From contig CAZCGN010000001.1 in the NCBI GenBank assembly GCA_964498285.1, positions 175,916-239,915 of the forward strand: a DNA stretch of 64,000 bases. The letters run 5' to 3'. Source of the stretch: an uncultured Methanosarcinales archaeon. Lineage in GTDB: Archaea; Nanobdellota; Nanobdellia; Woesearchaeales; GW2011-AR9. The notes under the pieces are model-generated. The model made no database searches. It had not been told where the DNA came from and saw nothing but the letters and a program-made list of their open reading frames with translations. The position numbers and the translations under genes were made by a program. This document shows, in pieces, positions 10,505-19,357 of the stretch. Position 1 is the stretch's first letter; the number at the start of each line of letters is the position of its first letter.

Positions 10505-11185
10505 TTATTGATCCTGTTTTAAAAAGTCTCCCATCGTTTTTTGCTTACCTTTCTCAACAGCGTTCTTGTAGCTTTGCCACTCGCACCGAAAGATATGTTT
10601 GAACGTTGCATAATGTTCATTCAAAAAGTTCTGTGTTCGAACATCACTCATATATCCTGAACCAAAATCATGCCCAACTTCTTTTTTGATATGGTCAATT
10701 GCGCGATCACGTATCACTTTTGCAATGATTGATGCTGCAGCAACCACAAAATGGCGCGCATCTGCCTTATGTTCCATAACAACTCTTGTTGAAGAACGAA
10801 CACCATCAGAAAGTCTACTTACAAAATAGTGTTTATAATTTTCAAGATTAATACTTGGACAATCAACAATAACTGTATCAGGATTAAGTTCACTTATCAT
10901 GCGTGCTGAAGTTTCAGCTTCAAGCCAGTTAAGATTCAAATTATTATCGCGCAAAGCATGGTCAATTGCATCTGCCTCAATTACTTCTACTCGAAAATCC
11001 TCAACTATTTCGTGGATCCTATCAAACATCTCTTCACGCGCTTCTCGAGAAAGTAGCTTACTATCTTTCACGCCAAGCCATTCTAACTGTTTATCTTGCT
11101 CTGGTGTTGCAACTAGTGCTACCATTACGAGTGGACCAATGACGCAACCCCGACCAGCTTCATCAATTCCTGCTTTAAGACCCAT
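10505..11185 (-). CDS. rnhB: Ribonuclease HII
   Basis: GIDEAGRGCVIGPLVMVAL catalytic motif and GVKDSKLLS. 226 aa, typical for archaeal RNase HII. Confidence 0.85.
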   Translation of the reverse strand: MGLKAGIDEAGRGCVIGPLVMVALVATPEQDKQLEWLGVKDSKLLSREAREEMFDRIHEIVEDFRVEVIEADAIDHALRDNNLNLNWLEAETSARMISELNPDTVIVDCPSINLENYKHYFVSRLSDGVRSSTRVVMEHKADARHFVVAAASIIAKVIRDRAIDHIKKEVGHDFGSGYMSDVRTQNFLNEHYATFKHIFRCEWQSYKNAVEKGKQKTMGDFLKQDQ

Positions 11186-11231
11186 TTTAATCTATGAGAT
11201 AACTAAATATAAATAATTTGTTAAAGAAAAA

Positions 11232-11516
11232 CTACAACCCAAACGCATTTGTGAACTCACGCATTCGCCTAAATTCAGCTAAAAATCCAAGACCTTTATC
11301 AGTTATATGTACTATCTTTGAAGAACTCTTTTTTGTTTTAACTTCTTCAATATGTATCATCTCTTTTGCGAGCAACTCCTCGACATACGAGTTCAACAAC
11401 TTATGTGAAAGGTTTGATTTGTACATGAGGTGCGTGGGCTTAATTTTTCCTCCCTTATTTTGAATTGCAACAAGGATGTCAAAAATAAGTTCCAATCGTG
11501 ATCTACGTCCTGCCAT
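11232..11516 (-). CDS. Small winged-helix DNA-binding protein (putative transcription regulator)
   Basis: 94 aa. ELIFDILVAIQNKGGKIKPTHLMYKSNLS pattern matches archaeal winged-HTH regulators. Confidence 0.4.
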   Translation of the reverse strand: MAGRRSRLELIFDILVAIQNKGGKIKPTHLMYKSNLSHKLLNSYVEELLAKEMIHIEEVKTKKSSSKIVHITDKGLGFLAEFRRMREFTNAFGL

Positions 11517-11519
11517 AAT

Positions 11520-12230
11520 TTACCTTTTTGTTGTTACCAATCTATACACGTACAATATAAGTAGGAATCCTAACAGTAAGAAGGCTTCTCCAAAAAAGTA
11601 GAAGACATCACTTACAAAAAGGAATGTGAAAAAGAGTTGTGCTAAAAGCAAGAACATGAATGCAATCATAACAAGGTATGAATTACTATTTCTATCACTG
11701 TTAAGATAGTTCTTATAATAGTTAAGCACAATAAGTGAAATTAACACAGTCATTGTTAAGGGAAAGACAAAATACTTGAACGTTGCAAGTACTGCAATTA
11801 ATCCCACAAGATACACAAATAAACCAATTTGTGCAAGCTCATGAAATCTATGAAGACGCGCACGCGACTTTTGTGACACCAAAAAAAGCAGTAGAAAGGC
11901 ACCTAGAAAGCTTGCCATCTCTAAGAAGAACCCTCCCCTATAAAAGAGGTCCATGATCGATACTCGAGATTGTGTTACTGGAAGTAAAACTTGATGTGCC
12001 GTTTCACGAAGTGGATGAAAATATAATACTCCAAACGTGATAAGTTTGAAAACAAACGCGCAACTTATCAAGACAAATGCAAAAGAGAAATACTTAAATT
12101 TGTTTTCGGAACTTATCTTGTATACTCGCCAACTGTATCCGGCAATGAGCAATGCTATTACAAGCGCTACAGCATCAAAAATCAAATCAAGTCCGTTGAA
12201 CCAGCTAGGGGTTGTAAACAATGCAAACAT
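11520..12230 (-). CDS. Polytopic membrane protein
   Basis: 236 aa with about 7 hydrophobic helices. No motif recognised. Confidence 0.4.
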   Translation of the reverse strand: MFALFTTPSWFNGLDLIFDAVALVIALLIAGYSWRVYKISSENKFKYFSFAFVLISCAFVFKLITFGVLYFHPLRETAHQVLLPVTQSRVSIMDLFYRGGFFLEMASFLGAFLLLFLVSQKSRARLHRFHELAQIGLFVYLVGLIAVLATFKYFVFPLTMTVLISLIVLNYYKNYLNSDRNSNSYLVMIAFMFLLLAQLFFTFLFVSDVFYFFGEAFLLLGFLLILYVYRLVTTKR

Positions 12231-12496
12231 ATAATTCCACCAATATTTCTTATTTAGTACTACTTAATAGTCGTTTCTAATAAAGCTTTCGATTTCTGCT
12301 TTAAAAAACTTATGTTTTAGACGCCCAGACACTTATACTAGAGAATACATTCAAAGTCATTAATAAAAAAAATGAATTTTAGATGTTTTGAGGTGAATAA
12401 AAATGAAATCAAAAGAATTAGTTCGTTTTGTAGAAAGTTTAAGCACCCAAGATATTGTGTATCTATTGTATGCAAGAGGAATAAAGACATAAAAGT

Positions 12497-14701
12497 TTAT
12501 TCGAGTGGCACTCCGCTCCATAACGTCCAATCTTCAGAAGGAGTGTATGGTTGGAATGAAAAGTACGGTGGTGCTGTTTGTCCAAAATGATTATACTGTA
12601 CTTGCCCCCAGCGTGTGCTCTCGCCACGTGCGCTTCCAAACGAGCCGGTTGTGCCATACACTGGTGAATCGAATAATCTCCAGGTTTTCATAACCGAATG
12701 AAACCCTCCAAGGTCTGTTGTAAAATCTGCCCCAGGTTCAACAATTAAATCCCCATCATATCCTTCTTCTTTTAAGATTCGAATCATTGCTTTAATTGGT
12801 GCATTTCCTTCACCAGGTGCAAGATGCTCATCTTGATATCCATAATTATCATCTAAATGAACGTGCCCGATCATATCTTCCTTAGCAAGCTTTTTGAGCA
12901 TATCATCACTCCACTGATCAAACGCTTTATGGTTCTCTTCAATGGTTGCTTTAGGATCCCCTTTCCAATATTTTCGCCACATGTTAAAATGGCCCGTATC
13001 AAACGTTATTTTGATCGTATCTTTTGCAAGTTTTCGCGCCTTTTCAACATGCATTCCTCTTTCTTTTTTAAGAACCTCAACCATTTTCTCTCGAGAACCT
13101 TTAATGATTTTAATAATTTCATCTGGATGCGCACCGTACGCTTCAGGAAACAAGTTTTCAAGACCCAAAAACAAGTCTCGCTTAAGTTCACCTTTTTTAC
13201 GTAACTCCTCGTTCTTATCGTGCGCGTACACAGCAGCTCGCGCGTACGAATCATAACTTTCTCGAAGAGCGTATGTCTCAGCGCTTTCAACATGTTTCAT
13301 TGTCTCAACACTTTCCTGAGCCTGTGCCCACTGTGAGGCTGAAGCTTCTTGTGATTGCCGTAATCCTCGTTTAAGAATATCTAACTGGTTTTTGAGAATT
13401 TCATGAGGAAATTTTGCATCGGGAGGTACTAGCCCTGCAAAATCACGATCAACAACTTTTTTGAGTTTCCACTTCTCTTCCTCATCTGTTTCAGCATAAA
13501 TTTGTGTATAGAGTTTGAGTGCTTTTTCTAGCTTTTCTTTCTGCTTAAGTTCATTTTTGAAATCCCGAGTGTACTGTAGAGCCCATCCACGTGCATTCCC
13601 TGCATTCGTTTCTAACGTGTTTAAGATATATGCTTCTTCTGCTCTAACACGTACCTGTTCTTGATCTACTGCCCGACCTTTATCCCTATCATAAAACCGG
13701 TACCATTTACTCTCTTTCCACACTTTCTCACTTGCATTCTTGTTTTTTCGCCAAAATGCCTTTGCTTGATCAGTTAGTTCATCAGCTTCTGTCACTAAAT
13801 CTTTCCACTCCATTTGATGAATCTCAAACTCTCCACCTTCATCGCCAATTTTAGCATTAAACTTTGGAACACGAACTGAAGGATCGATCTTATTTCCCCA
13901 ATAATCTACATAGTCACCCTGATGAACAGTTACTCCATTCTCATCAACATACCAACTTTTTCCCCTACTCTTTTCCATTCCAAGTTCCCACATATCTTCA
14001 TTCTTTTTCTCGAACCGGTTCCACACAGGCCGTGCAACTGATCTTCCTTTTCGCGCTTCAGCAACAAGCCCACCAGTTCTGGTATCAACCACCCTATAAC
14101 TTGCCCTCTCTTCTTCTCCTCTGAACGATTCAAATTTATCTTTCCATTTACCGTCGGTGTTCCATGTTGAATCACTAATTGGCCTATGAAACTCACCAGT
14201 ATGTACTACTACAGGACCACCCCTTCCAACATCAGCTGCAAATTCAATTGCACGCTGGATTTCTTGCATGGAATTCGCTTTTGATTCACGAGAAAAGTTT
14301 CCTTGTCTATCTTGACCTGCAAGACCAAAGACCCCAACAGAAGTGTGCGTTGTAAAATCCATCCTATTTGCAAGGGCTGCTTCACGAAGTGCCTGACGTT
14401 GCTTTTTACCATACATCCCTGCAGTATGACCCTGGCCACCACCCTTACCCATCCCCATAAAGCCAAGTTCTAATTTTTTTGCTCCTGACCGCATTTTAGC
14501 TAAGATTGCAGGAACGTTAGGTACTGGCCCAAGACCAAAACTCATCCCAAAATCGCCAGTAGAAAGTCCTACGCTTCCGGTGTTATGAGAATGGTTATGA
14601 GAAGAATGATCGTGCGTGTCTGATGGCGCTTCAATTGTAGAGTTTGGAGCATACTCTCTATCCATTGCATGAAAATAATTGCCACCACCTGTTTCTACCA
14701 T
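12497..14701 (-). CDS. Xylose-isomerase-like TIM-barrel (AP endonuclease 2 / sugar-phosphate isomerase) protein with very large internal insertion
   Basis: The N-terminal region (KKLELGFMGMG...AADVGRGGPVVVHTGE) and C-terminal region (GHVHLDDNYGYQDEHLAPGEGNAPIKAMIRILKEEGYDGDLIVEP) look like the two halves of a xylose-isomerase-like barrel. They are separated by a ~430-aa K/E/W-rich insertion. His-rich N-terminus HDHSSHNHSHN. Confidence 0.5.
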   Translation of the reverse strand: MVETGGGNYFHAMDREYAPNSTIEAPSDTHDHSSHNHSHNTGSVGLSTGDFGMSFGLGPVPNVPAILAKMRSGAKKLELGFMGMGKGGGQGHTAGMYGKKQRQALREAALANRMDFTTHTSVGVFGLAGQDRQGNFSRESKANSMQEIQRAIEFAADVGRGGPVVVHTGEFHRPISDSTWNTDGKWKDKFESFRGEEERASYRVVDTRTGGLVAEARKGRSVARPVWNRFEKKNEDMWELGMEKSRGKSWYVDENGVTVHQGDYVDYWGNKIDPSVRVPKFNAKIGDEGGEFEIHQMEWKDLVTEADELTDQAKAFWRKNKNASEKVWKESKWYRFYDRDKGRAVDQEQVRVRAEEAYILNTLETNAGNARGWALQYTRDFKNELKQKEKLEKALKLYTQIYAETDEEEKWKLKKVVDRDFAGLVPPDAKFPHEILKNQLDILKRGLRQSQEASASQWAQAQESVETMKHVESAETYALRESYDSYARAAVYAHDKNEELRKKGELKRDLFLGLENLFPEAYGAHPDEIIKIIKGSREKMVEVLKKERGMHVEKARKLAKDTIKITFDTGHFNMWRKYWKGDPKATIEENHKAFDQWSDDMLKKLAKEDMIGHVHLDDNYGYQDEHLAPGEGNAPIKAMIRILKEEGYDGDLIVEPGADFTTDLGGFHSVMKTWRLFDSPVYGTTGSFGSARGESTRWGQVQYNHFGQTAPPYFSFQPYTPSEDWTLWSGVPLE

Positions 14702-14784
14702 TCTAACTTTACGCTTCTTTACTATTTTAGAAGTAATTTAGGTTATATAATTGTTTTGTGTGGTAGCAAACATTCCATGCAGTT

Positions 14785-15678
14785 TTACGCTTCTGTAAAA
14801 AATTCATTTTCTAAAAAGTTTATTGCTTCTGATACTCTTGTTTCTAAACCTGCAACATAATCGTGCCAAGGAACATGAACCGGATCTTCTTCCGTTTGGA
14901 GGTGAGTTGCCAAAAAATCGACATGCCCGCCCCCTACAATCACAGCCTTCTTCCCTTCAAGTTCAGAACTATATGATTTAAGACTTGGTAAGATATACTC
15001 AACATCACGCGCTCTTCGAAGAAATGACCCAAAAGCCCTTCCAACTAAAAGGACTCTTTCTACAAAATCATCTGGAAAAACTCGATCTAACTCACCTATT
15101 GCTAGAGTTACTGTTTCTACCAAGTGGTCGACATCTAACCCAAAATATCCCGAACAGAGATCACTCTTATTCTTCCAATGTCTCCTAATATTCCTCTCAA
15201 AATCAGCAAAGCTTCCTGTATGAAGCGTGTGGAAAGATCTAAAAATATCATATGAGAAAAAAGCATCTGATTCTACTCCCAACCTAGTTGCAAGCACAGG
15301 CAAATTTGTCCTTTCTTCAAGATAATAAACTGTCCCAGTATAAAGCCTTCGAGCTTCCGCCTCAAAATTTCTTCGATGTTCGTCATTTATTGCAACGACT
15401 GTAGCTGAACCTTCCATAAGAAGGTGATCAGAAGACCTAATTTCTCTTCTAAACCGATAATATCTTTGAGAACTTCGTTTGAATTTCGCTTGATGATCCA
15501 CTCCTATTAAAAGAACATCATCTACTCCAACATATCTTGGAAGAGTATTGCCTCGCAGTTTTCTTCTAGTTTGTCCCACACAAGTGCGAAACCAACTGTT
15601 TTTTATAAGAATGTTCCCAACAAACAAAAATTTATAAATTTGCAAAAACCTTGCCCTCTTATGAGTAAAGAACGCCAT
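14785..15678 (-). CDS. Hypothetical protein (start uncertain; overlaps divergent NUDIX gene)
   Basis: 297-aa ORF with no confident motif. Confidence 0.3.
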   Translation of the reverse strand: MAFFTHKRARFLQIYKFLFVGNILIKNSWFRTCVGQTRRKLRGNTLPRYVGVDDVLLIGVDHQAKFKRSSQRYYRFRREIRSSDHLLMEGSATVVAINDEHRRNFEAEARRLYTGTVYYLEERTNLPVLATRLGVESDAFFSYDIFRSFHTLHTGSFADFERNIRRHWKNKSDLCSGYFGLDVDHLVETVTLAIGELDRVFPDDFVERVLLVGRAFGSFLRRARDVEYILPSLKSYSSELEGKKAVIVGGGHVDFLATHLQTEEDPVHVPWHDYVAGLETRVSEAINFLENEFFTEA

Positions 15679-16104
15679 AAAAATGTTCCTGCATGTAACC
15701 TCTTGTTAATTCAGGACAATAAAGTTCTTCTTTTACGACGCGCAAATACTAACCATGAACTTGGAAATTATAGTATGGCAGGAGGGCATGTTGAAAAACA
15801 AGAAACCTTTGTTCAAGCAATGATTCGTGAGGCTAAAGAAGAAGTTGGGATTGATATTCTACCACAAGACCTGCGTATTGTCCACCTTATGCATCGTGGT
15901 TTGAAGCAGAACGACTTCGAGTATGTTAACATCTTTTTTACTGCTACTAAATGGACCGGTAAGATTGTGAATGCCGAACCACATAAATGTGACGATCTTT
16001 CGTGGTTTGACTTAGATAAACTCCCGAACAATACTGTTTCATACATTAGGCAAGCAATAAAGAATGTAAAAGAAAACAGATTATACAGTGAACACGGTTG
16101 GTGA
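15661..16104 (+). CDS. NUDIX hydrolase
   Basis: Nudix box GGHVEKQETFVQAMIREAKEEVGI. The ORF-track start at 15571 would overlap the divergent gene by 108 nt. The internal Met at 15661 (MSKERH) is the more plausible start. Confidence 0.7.
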   Translation: MSKERHKNVPACNLLLIQDNKVLLLRRANTNHELGNYSMAGGHVEKQETFVQAMIREAKEEVGIDILPQDLRIVHLMHRGLKQNDFEYVNIFFTATKWTGKIVNAEPHKCDDLSWFDLDKLPNNTVSYIRQAIKNVKENRLYSEHGW

Positions 16105-16105
16105 A

Positions 16106-16801
16106 CTAATTCTTATCATACCAGTTACTCATATCTTTTTTACCAGGGCTATTTCCATGATACATAATATCTAAACTTTTAGCAATTGCTTGTGATGCAG
16201 ATGCTGCGGATGCAGCTTCTTTTGTCATAGAATAATCGCCTACATCAGCATCTTCAACCTTCTTTTCAATTGCTGAACTAAGCTGCATGAGGCGCTGTTG
16301 TTGTGTTTGAGAGATGTACCCACTCTCTTTTGCAGTATCATACACTTGAACTATTTCTTGATACAAATTTTGCATTGGAACTTGCGAGAGTTCCATGATA
16401 TACGCCGTTTTAAGTGGATCGAATCCAGGATCTATTGCGCCAGGCGGAATCTCAACATCACGAAGACTTTCTTCTAAATCTTCCTCTTTCTTTGTAGATC
16501 CACGGCGCTCTTCTTGCTCACCCAGCTTCTTATCAATCGCTTTTTTCCAGGTACTTGCATCTTCCCCGCGCTGCGCTTTAACAATGATCTTTCCTTCCTC
16601 ACTTAATGTAGAAGTATCGCGCGTTGCAACCTGAGGGATTGGCACTTTATCTTCCCAAGCTTGTTTATCTTTTATCTCATCTTCAGCTTCATGCATAAGG
16701 GCTTCTGCCTCTTGTATCTCCTTTTCACGCTCTTTTTTGAGTTTCTTCAATCGTGTAAGACGTTCTTCTGCCGTGAGATTTTCTACTTCTTCTTTGACCA
16801 T
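16106..16801 (-). CDS. Hypothetical highly charged protein
   Basis: 231 aa with a K/E-rich N-terminal coiled coil. Co-directional with the next gene. Confidence 0.3.
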   Translation of the reverse strand: MVKEEVENLTAEERLTRLKKLKKEREKEIQEAEALMHEAEDEIKDKQAWEDKVPIPQVATRDTSTLSEEGKIIVKAQRGEDASTWKKAIDKKLGEQEERRGSTKKEEDLEESLRDVEIPPGAIDPGFDPLKTAYIMELSQVPMQNLYQEIVQVYDTAKESGYISQTQQQRLMQLSSAIEKKVEDADVGDYSMTKEAASAASASQAIAKSLDIMYHGNSPGKKDMSNWYDKN

Positions 16802-16866
16802 AAATTATAATAGAACACAGAACTATAAAAACCTTGAGACTATAAAACACATACTAAATCAAATAA

Positions 16867-18384
16867 TTACCACGTAATCATTCGATGAGCCTTTTTGAAC
16901 GTATGATATACCTGGAACGCTACAAACCCATGAAATTTGAGGGCATTTCCTTGCTTTTTTGGTTGGTATGCTTTAGCTGAAGAGGCCGCCGCTGCACCTT
17001 TCTTTTCAGGAGGGAGAAAATCACCAAACATTTTTCTAAATATACTTTGGTTTGTTTTGCTTTTCGGCGTTTTCTTCTCTTCACCTTTATCTTCTGCTGC
17101 AGCTTTTTTTGCTTGATCTAAGTACTTTTTAAGATCTCCACCAAGAGCATCCATCGATTCTTGGATTGAACCAGAAATATCACCAATGAGCGCGAACACT
17201 TCTTTCTCCTTCAGTTTCTTATAACTCATCACTTGTTCATAGTTCCAATCATAAAGACGTATTTCCATGTCCATCTTTCCAACATGAACAGGCCCGCGCT
17301 GATATCCTTCTTGTACAAATTTCATGTGAGGCCTAGTCCTATAATTAAATGTTACAAGAACACATGTTTGTGAACCCGGATTGTACCCCAAAAACTCAAC
17401 ATCCATCATTGCTCCTTCAAATGATGACACAAGGTCGGCTGAGTCTTGGTGCTTTCCTTTCATACTCAAACGTTGCGCAGTTTTAAGATATGGTTTAATC
17501 CATGTAATATACATCTGGATAATTTCATAATGCTGGTTAAGATAATTGAGCATGAATTCTTTTCGTGTCTCATGTTCTTGATGTGTTCTCTGTTTCCACA
17601 TGGAAAAATGATTCAAATGTCTTTTAAGCACTCTGAGAACCGCATCGTTAAATCCTTTCAAGTTATCTACATACGTTTCAAGTTCGTTTTCTCGTAGTGG
17701 AGGAGTATCAAAAAATAGGTCTGGTAACGTTACAAACTCTAGCTCTCGGGCCATTCCATAGACTGAAGCTGGAGACTTTCCTCCACCTTGCACAAGATCA
17801 ATGAAAATCCCTTTAAGTGTGATTTCATCTTTCTTTCGTCGCTGTTCAATTGGCTTACTAACTTCAGCCTTAGATTTACGATAGTACGCTAACCTCTCAT
17901 CTAGGATTCGCAGTTCACGAATCATTTGAAAGAGTTCTTTGACCATCTTTCCAATTGTTGCAAGATACTGGCCAACTTTATCTTGCTGTATCCCCAATCG
18001 TTGTTGAGTCACGCCAAAAAACGCTGAATTTTCTGAAGCTGAAAAACTATCTTCTAGCTTATCAACTATTGGGAAAAACATACGAAGCGTGTCAAGAACC
18101 CAAAAATAAGGTTCCTCAATACTCAAGTCTGGTACTTGGTACGAAATTCTGTGTTTAAGAAGAGGTGCTGGAAAATCTACTTCAATAAAACTGTATCGTT
18201 GATGTTCTGCCCATTCTTGATGTACTTTTTTGAGCAGTTCCCTATACCTTTTTGGATCTTTAAGCTGTGCTACTCCATTCTCATCATATTTGTAATATTC
18301 ATAGAATGTATCGGTTGCTTTTCCACCTTTGTACATCCCCTTAACAAATCCATGCTCTGCAAGCAGCCTCTTATAATCTACCAT
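16867..18384 (-). CDS. Hypothetical protein
   Basis: 505 aa with no recognisable motif. Lys/Ala-rich C-terminal tail. Confidence 0.3.
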   Translation of the reverse strand: MVDYKRLLAEHGFVKGMYKGGKATDTFYEYYKYDENGVAQLKDPKRYRELLKKVHQEWAEHQRYSFIEVDFPAPLLKHRISYQVPDLSIEEPYFWVLDTLRMFFPIVDKLEDSFSASENSAFFGVTQQRLGIQQDKVGQYLATIGKMVKELFQMIRELRILDERLAYYRKSKAEVSKPIEQRRKKDEITLKGIFIDLVQGGGKSPASVYGMARELEFVTLPDLFFDTPPLRENELETYVDNLKGFNDAVLRVLKRHLNHFSMWKQRTHQEHETRKEFMLNYLNQHYEIIQMYITWIKPYLKTAQRLSMKGKHQDSADLVSSFEGAMMDVEFLGYNPGSQTCVLVTFNYRTRPHMKFVQEGYQRGPVHVGKMDMEIRLYDWNYEQVMSYKKLKEKEVFALIGDISGSIQESMDALGGDLKKYLDQAKKAAAEDKGEEKKTPKSKTNQSIFRKMFGDFLPPEKKGAAAASSAKAYQPKKQGNALKFHGFVAFQVYHTFKKAHRMITW

Positions 18385-18437
18385 TCTCTTATCTCTACTT
18401 TAGAAATAGTCTTTCTATCCTTAATTAAGTTTTCTCT

Positions 18438-19073
18438 TTATAGTTTTGGTGTGCAAGTAAAAAACCATAGATCAGACTCATCACATCGTGTTACATCAAA
18501 TCCTGAATTTTTAAATATCTTACACCACTCTTTTTGGGTATGGTTACTCTTCTCATGCCGTTTATGCCGAGAATTTACACCCTTTGCACTTAAGATTGCA
18601 ACAAATGTTCCTCTCTCTTGTAGGATTCTCTTCACTTCAGTTAGAAAAGAGGGGATTTTTTCAAGATAATTGAGAAGAAATACAGCAGTAATTGAAGTAA
18701 ATTCATTTTCTTTGAAAGGAAGATGTTTTTCAAGATCACCAACTACTTTTTCCATTGCATTCGCATTCTTATCTAGCATTTTTGCTGAACAATCAAACGC
18801 GATAGATGGGACATAACTATGCGCTCCTGCACCAAGGTCAAGGTTTGTTCCTTTTGGAAGCATTTCTCTTAGTTTTTCAGTGATACATCTTCGTTTAGCT
18901 TCATCAATTTTTGTATGCCATAAATAACTCTCGGCACTCCAAAACGCTTCTTTTTTTTCCGGCAAGCCTTCTGCCCATGGAATCTTCCTCGAAAGTTGCA
19001 TGAGTGAATCTTCTACTTTTTCTCCAAGACTTTGCTTGATTAATAATTTGAAAAATTCTGCTTCTGTATCCAT
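18438..19073 (-). CDS. Class I SAM-dependent methyltransferase
   Basis: Motif I TNLDLGAGAHSY and Rossmann-like secondary pattern. Confidence 0.6.
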   Translation of the reverse strand: MDTEAEFFKLLIKQSLGEKVEDSLMQLSRKIPWAEGLPEKKEAFWSAESYLWHTKIDEAKRRCITEKLREMLPKGTNLDLGAGAHSYVPSIAFDCSAKMLDKNANAMEKVVGDLEKHLPFKENEFTSITAVFLLNYLEKIPSFLTEVKRILQERGTFVAILSAKGVNSRHKRHEKSNHTQKEWCKIFKNSGFDVTRCDESDLWFFTCTPKL

Positions 19074-19131
19074 GTATAGTACTAAAAGGGCAAAAAGTTA
19101 TAAAAGGCTTTAGATGATTCTCTTTCTATGT

Positions 19132-19343
19132 GGGCTTGTGGTCTAGTGGCTACATATCAATAGAGATATGCCATAAATGATACCGCCTCGACATACACGA
19201 TCGTGTTCGATATGGCGGGGATCCCCGGTTCGAGCGCAATTCAATCAAAAACGCCGGGCGTTTTTGGTGTGCCAGAAAAATCTTTGTTTTTCTGAGCACT
19301 TTCGCCAACTGGCTGATTGAATCCGAAAATCCGGGCAGGCCCA
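19132..19343 (+). tRNA. Putative intron-containing tRNA gene (T-loop intron ~95 nt plus additional 5' intron(s)); anticodon not resolved
   Basis: 5' end GGGCTTG-TG-GTCT-AGTGGCTA is a canonical acceptor, D-stem and D-loop start. The 3' end CAGGCCC-A (19336-19343) pairs with GGGCTTG (one G:U). T-stem CCCGG (19224-28) pairs CCGGG (19331-35). Joining TTCGA (19229-33) to AT (19329-30) gives a canonical TTCGAAT loop, implying an intron at 19234-19328 closed by the 9-bp helix ATTCAATCA / TGATTGAAT. Anticodon stem candidate CCGCC (19183-87) / GGCGG (19214-18) leaves a 5-nt variable loop GGATC. The D-arm 3' strand and the anticodon loop need further intron(s). Confidence 0.35.
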
Positions 19344-19357
19344 TTATATTCACAAAG

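Noticed and set aside
12231-12496. 265-nt AT-rich intergenic region scanned for ncRNA
   Set aside because: No tRNA-like arms or conserved RNA motifs found. It probably holds a promoter/UTR for the downstream minus-strand gene.
19239-19268. Hairpin AAAAACGCC/GGCGTTTTT resembling an intrinsic terminator
   Set aside because: It lies inside the segment I interpret as the T-loop intron of the putative tRNA and inside a larger helix. It may simply be intron secondary structure, and archaeal termination relies on T-tracts rather than hairpins.
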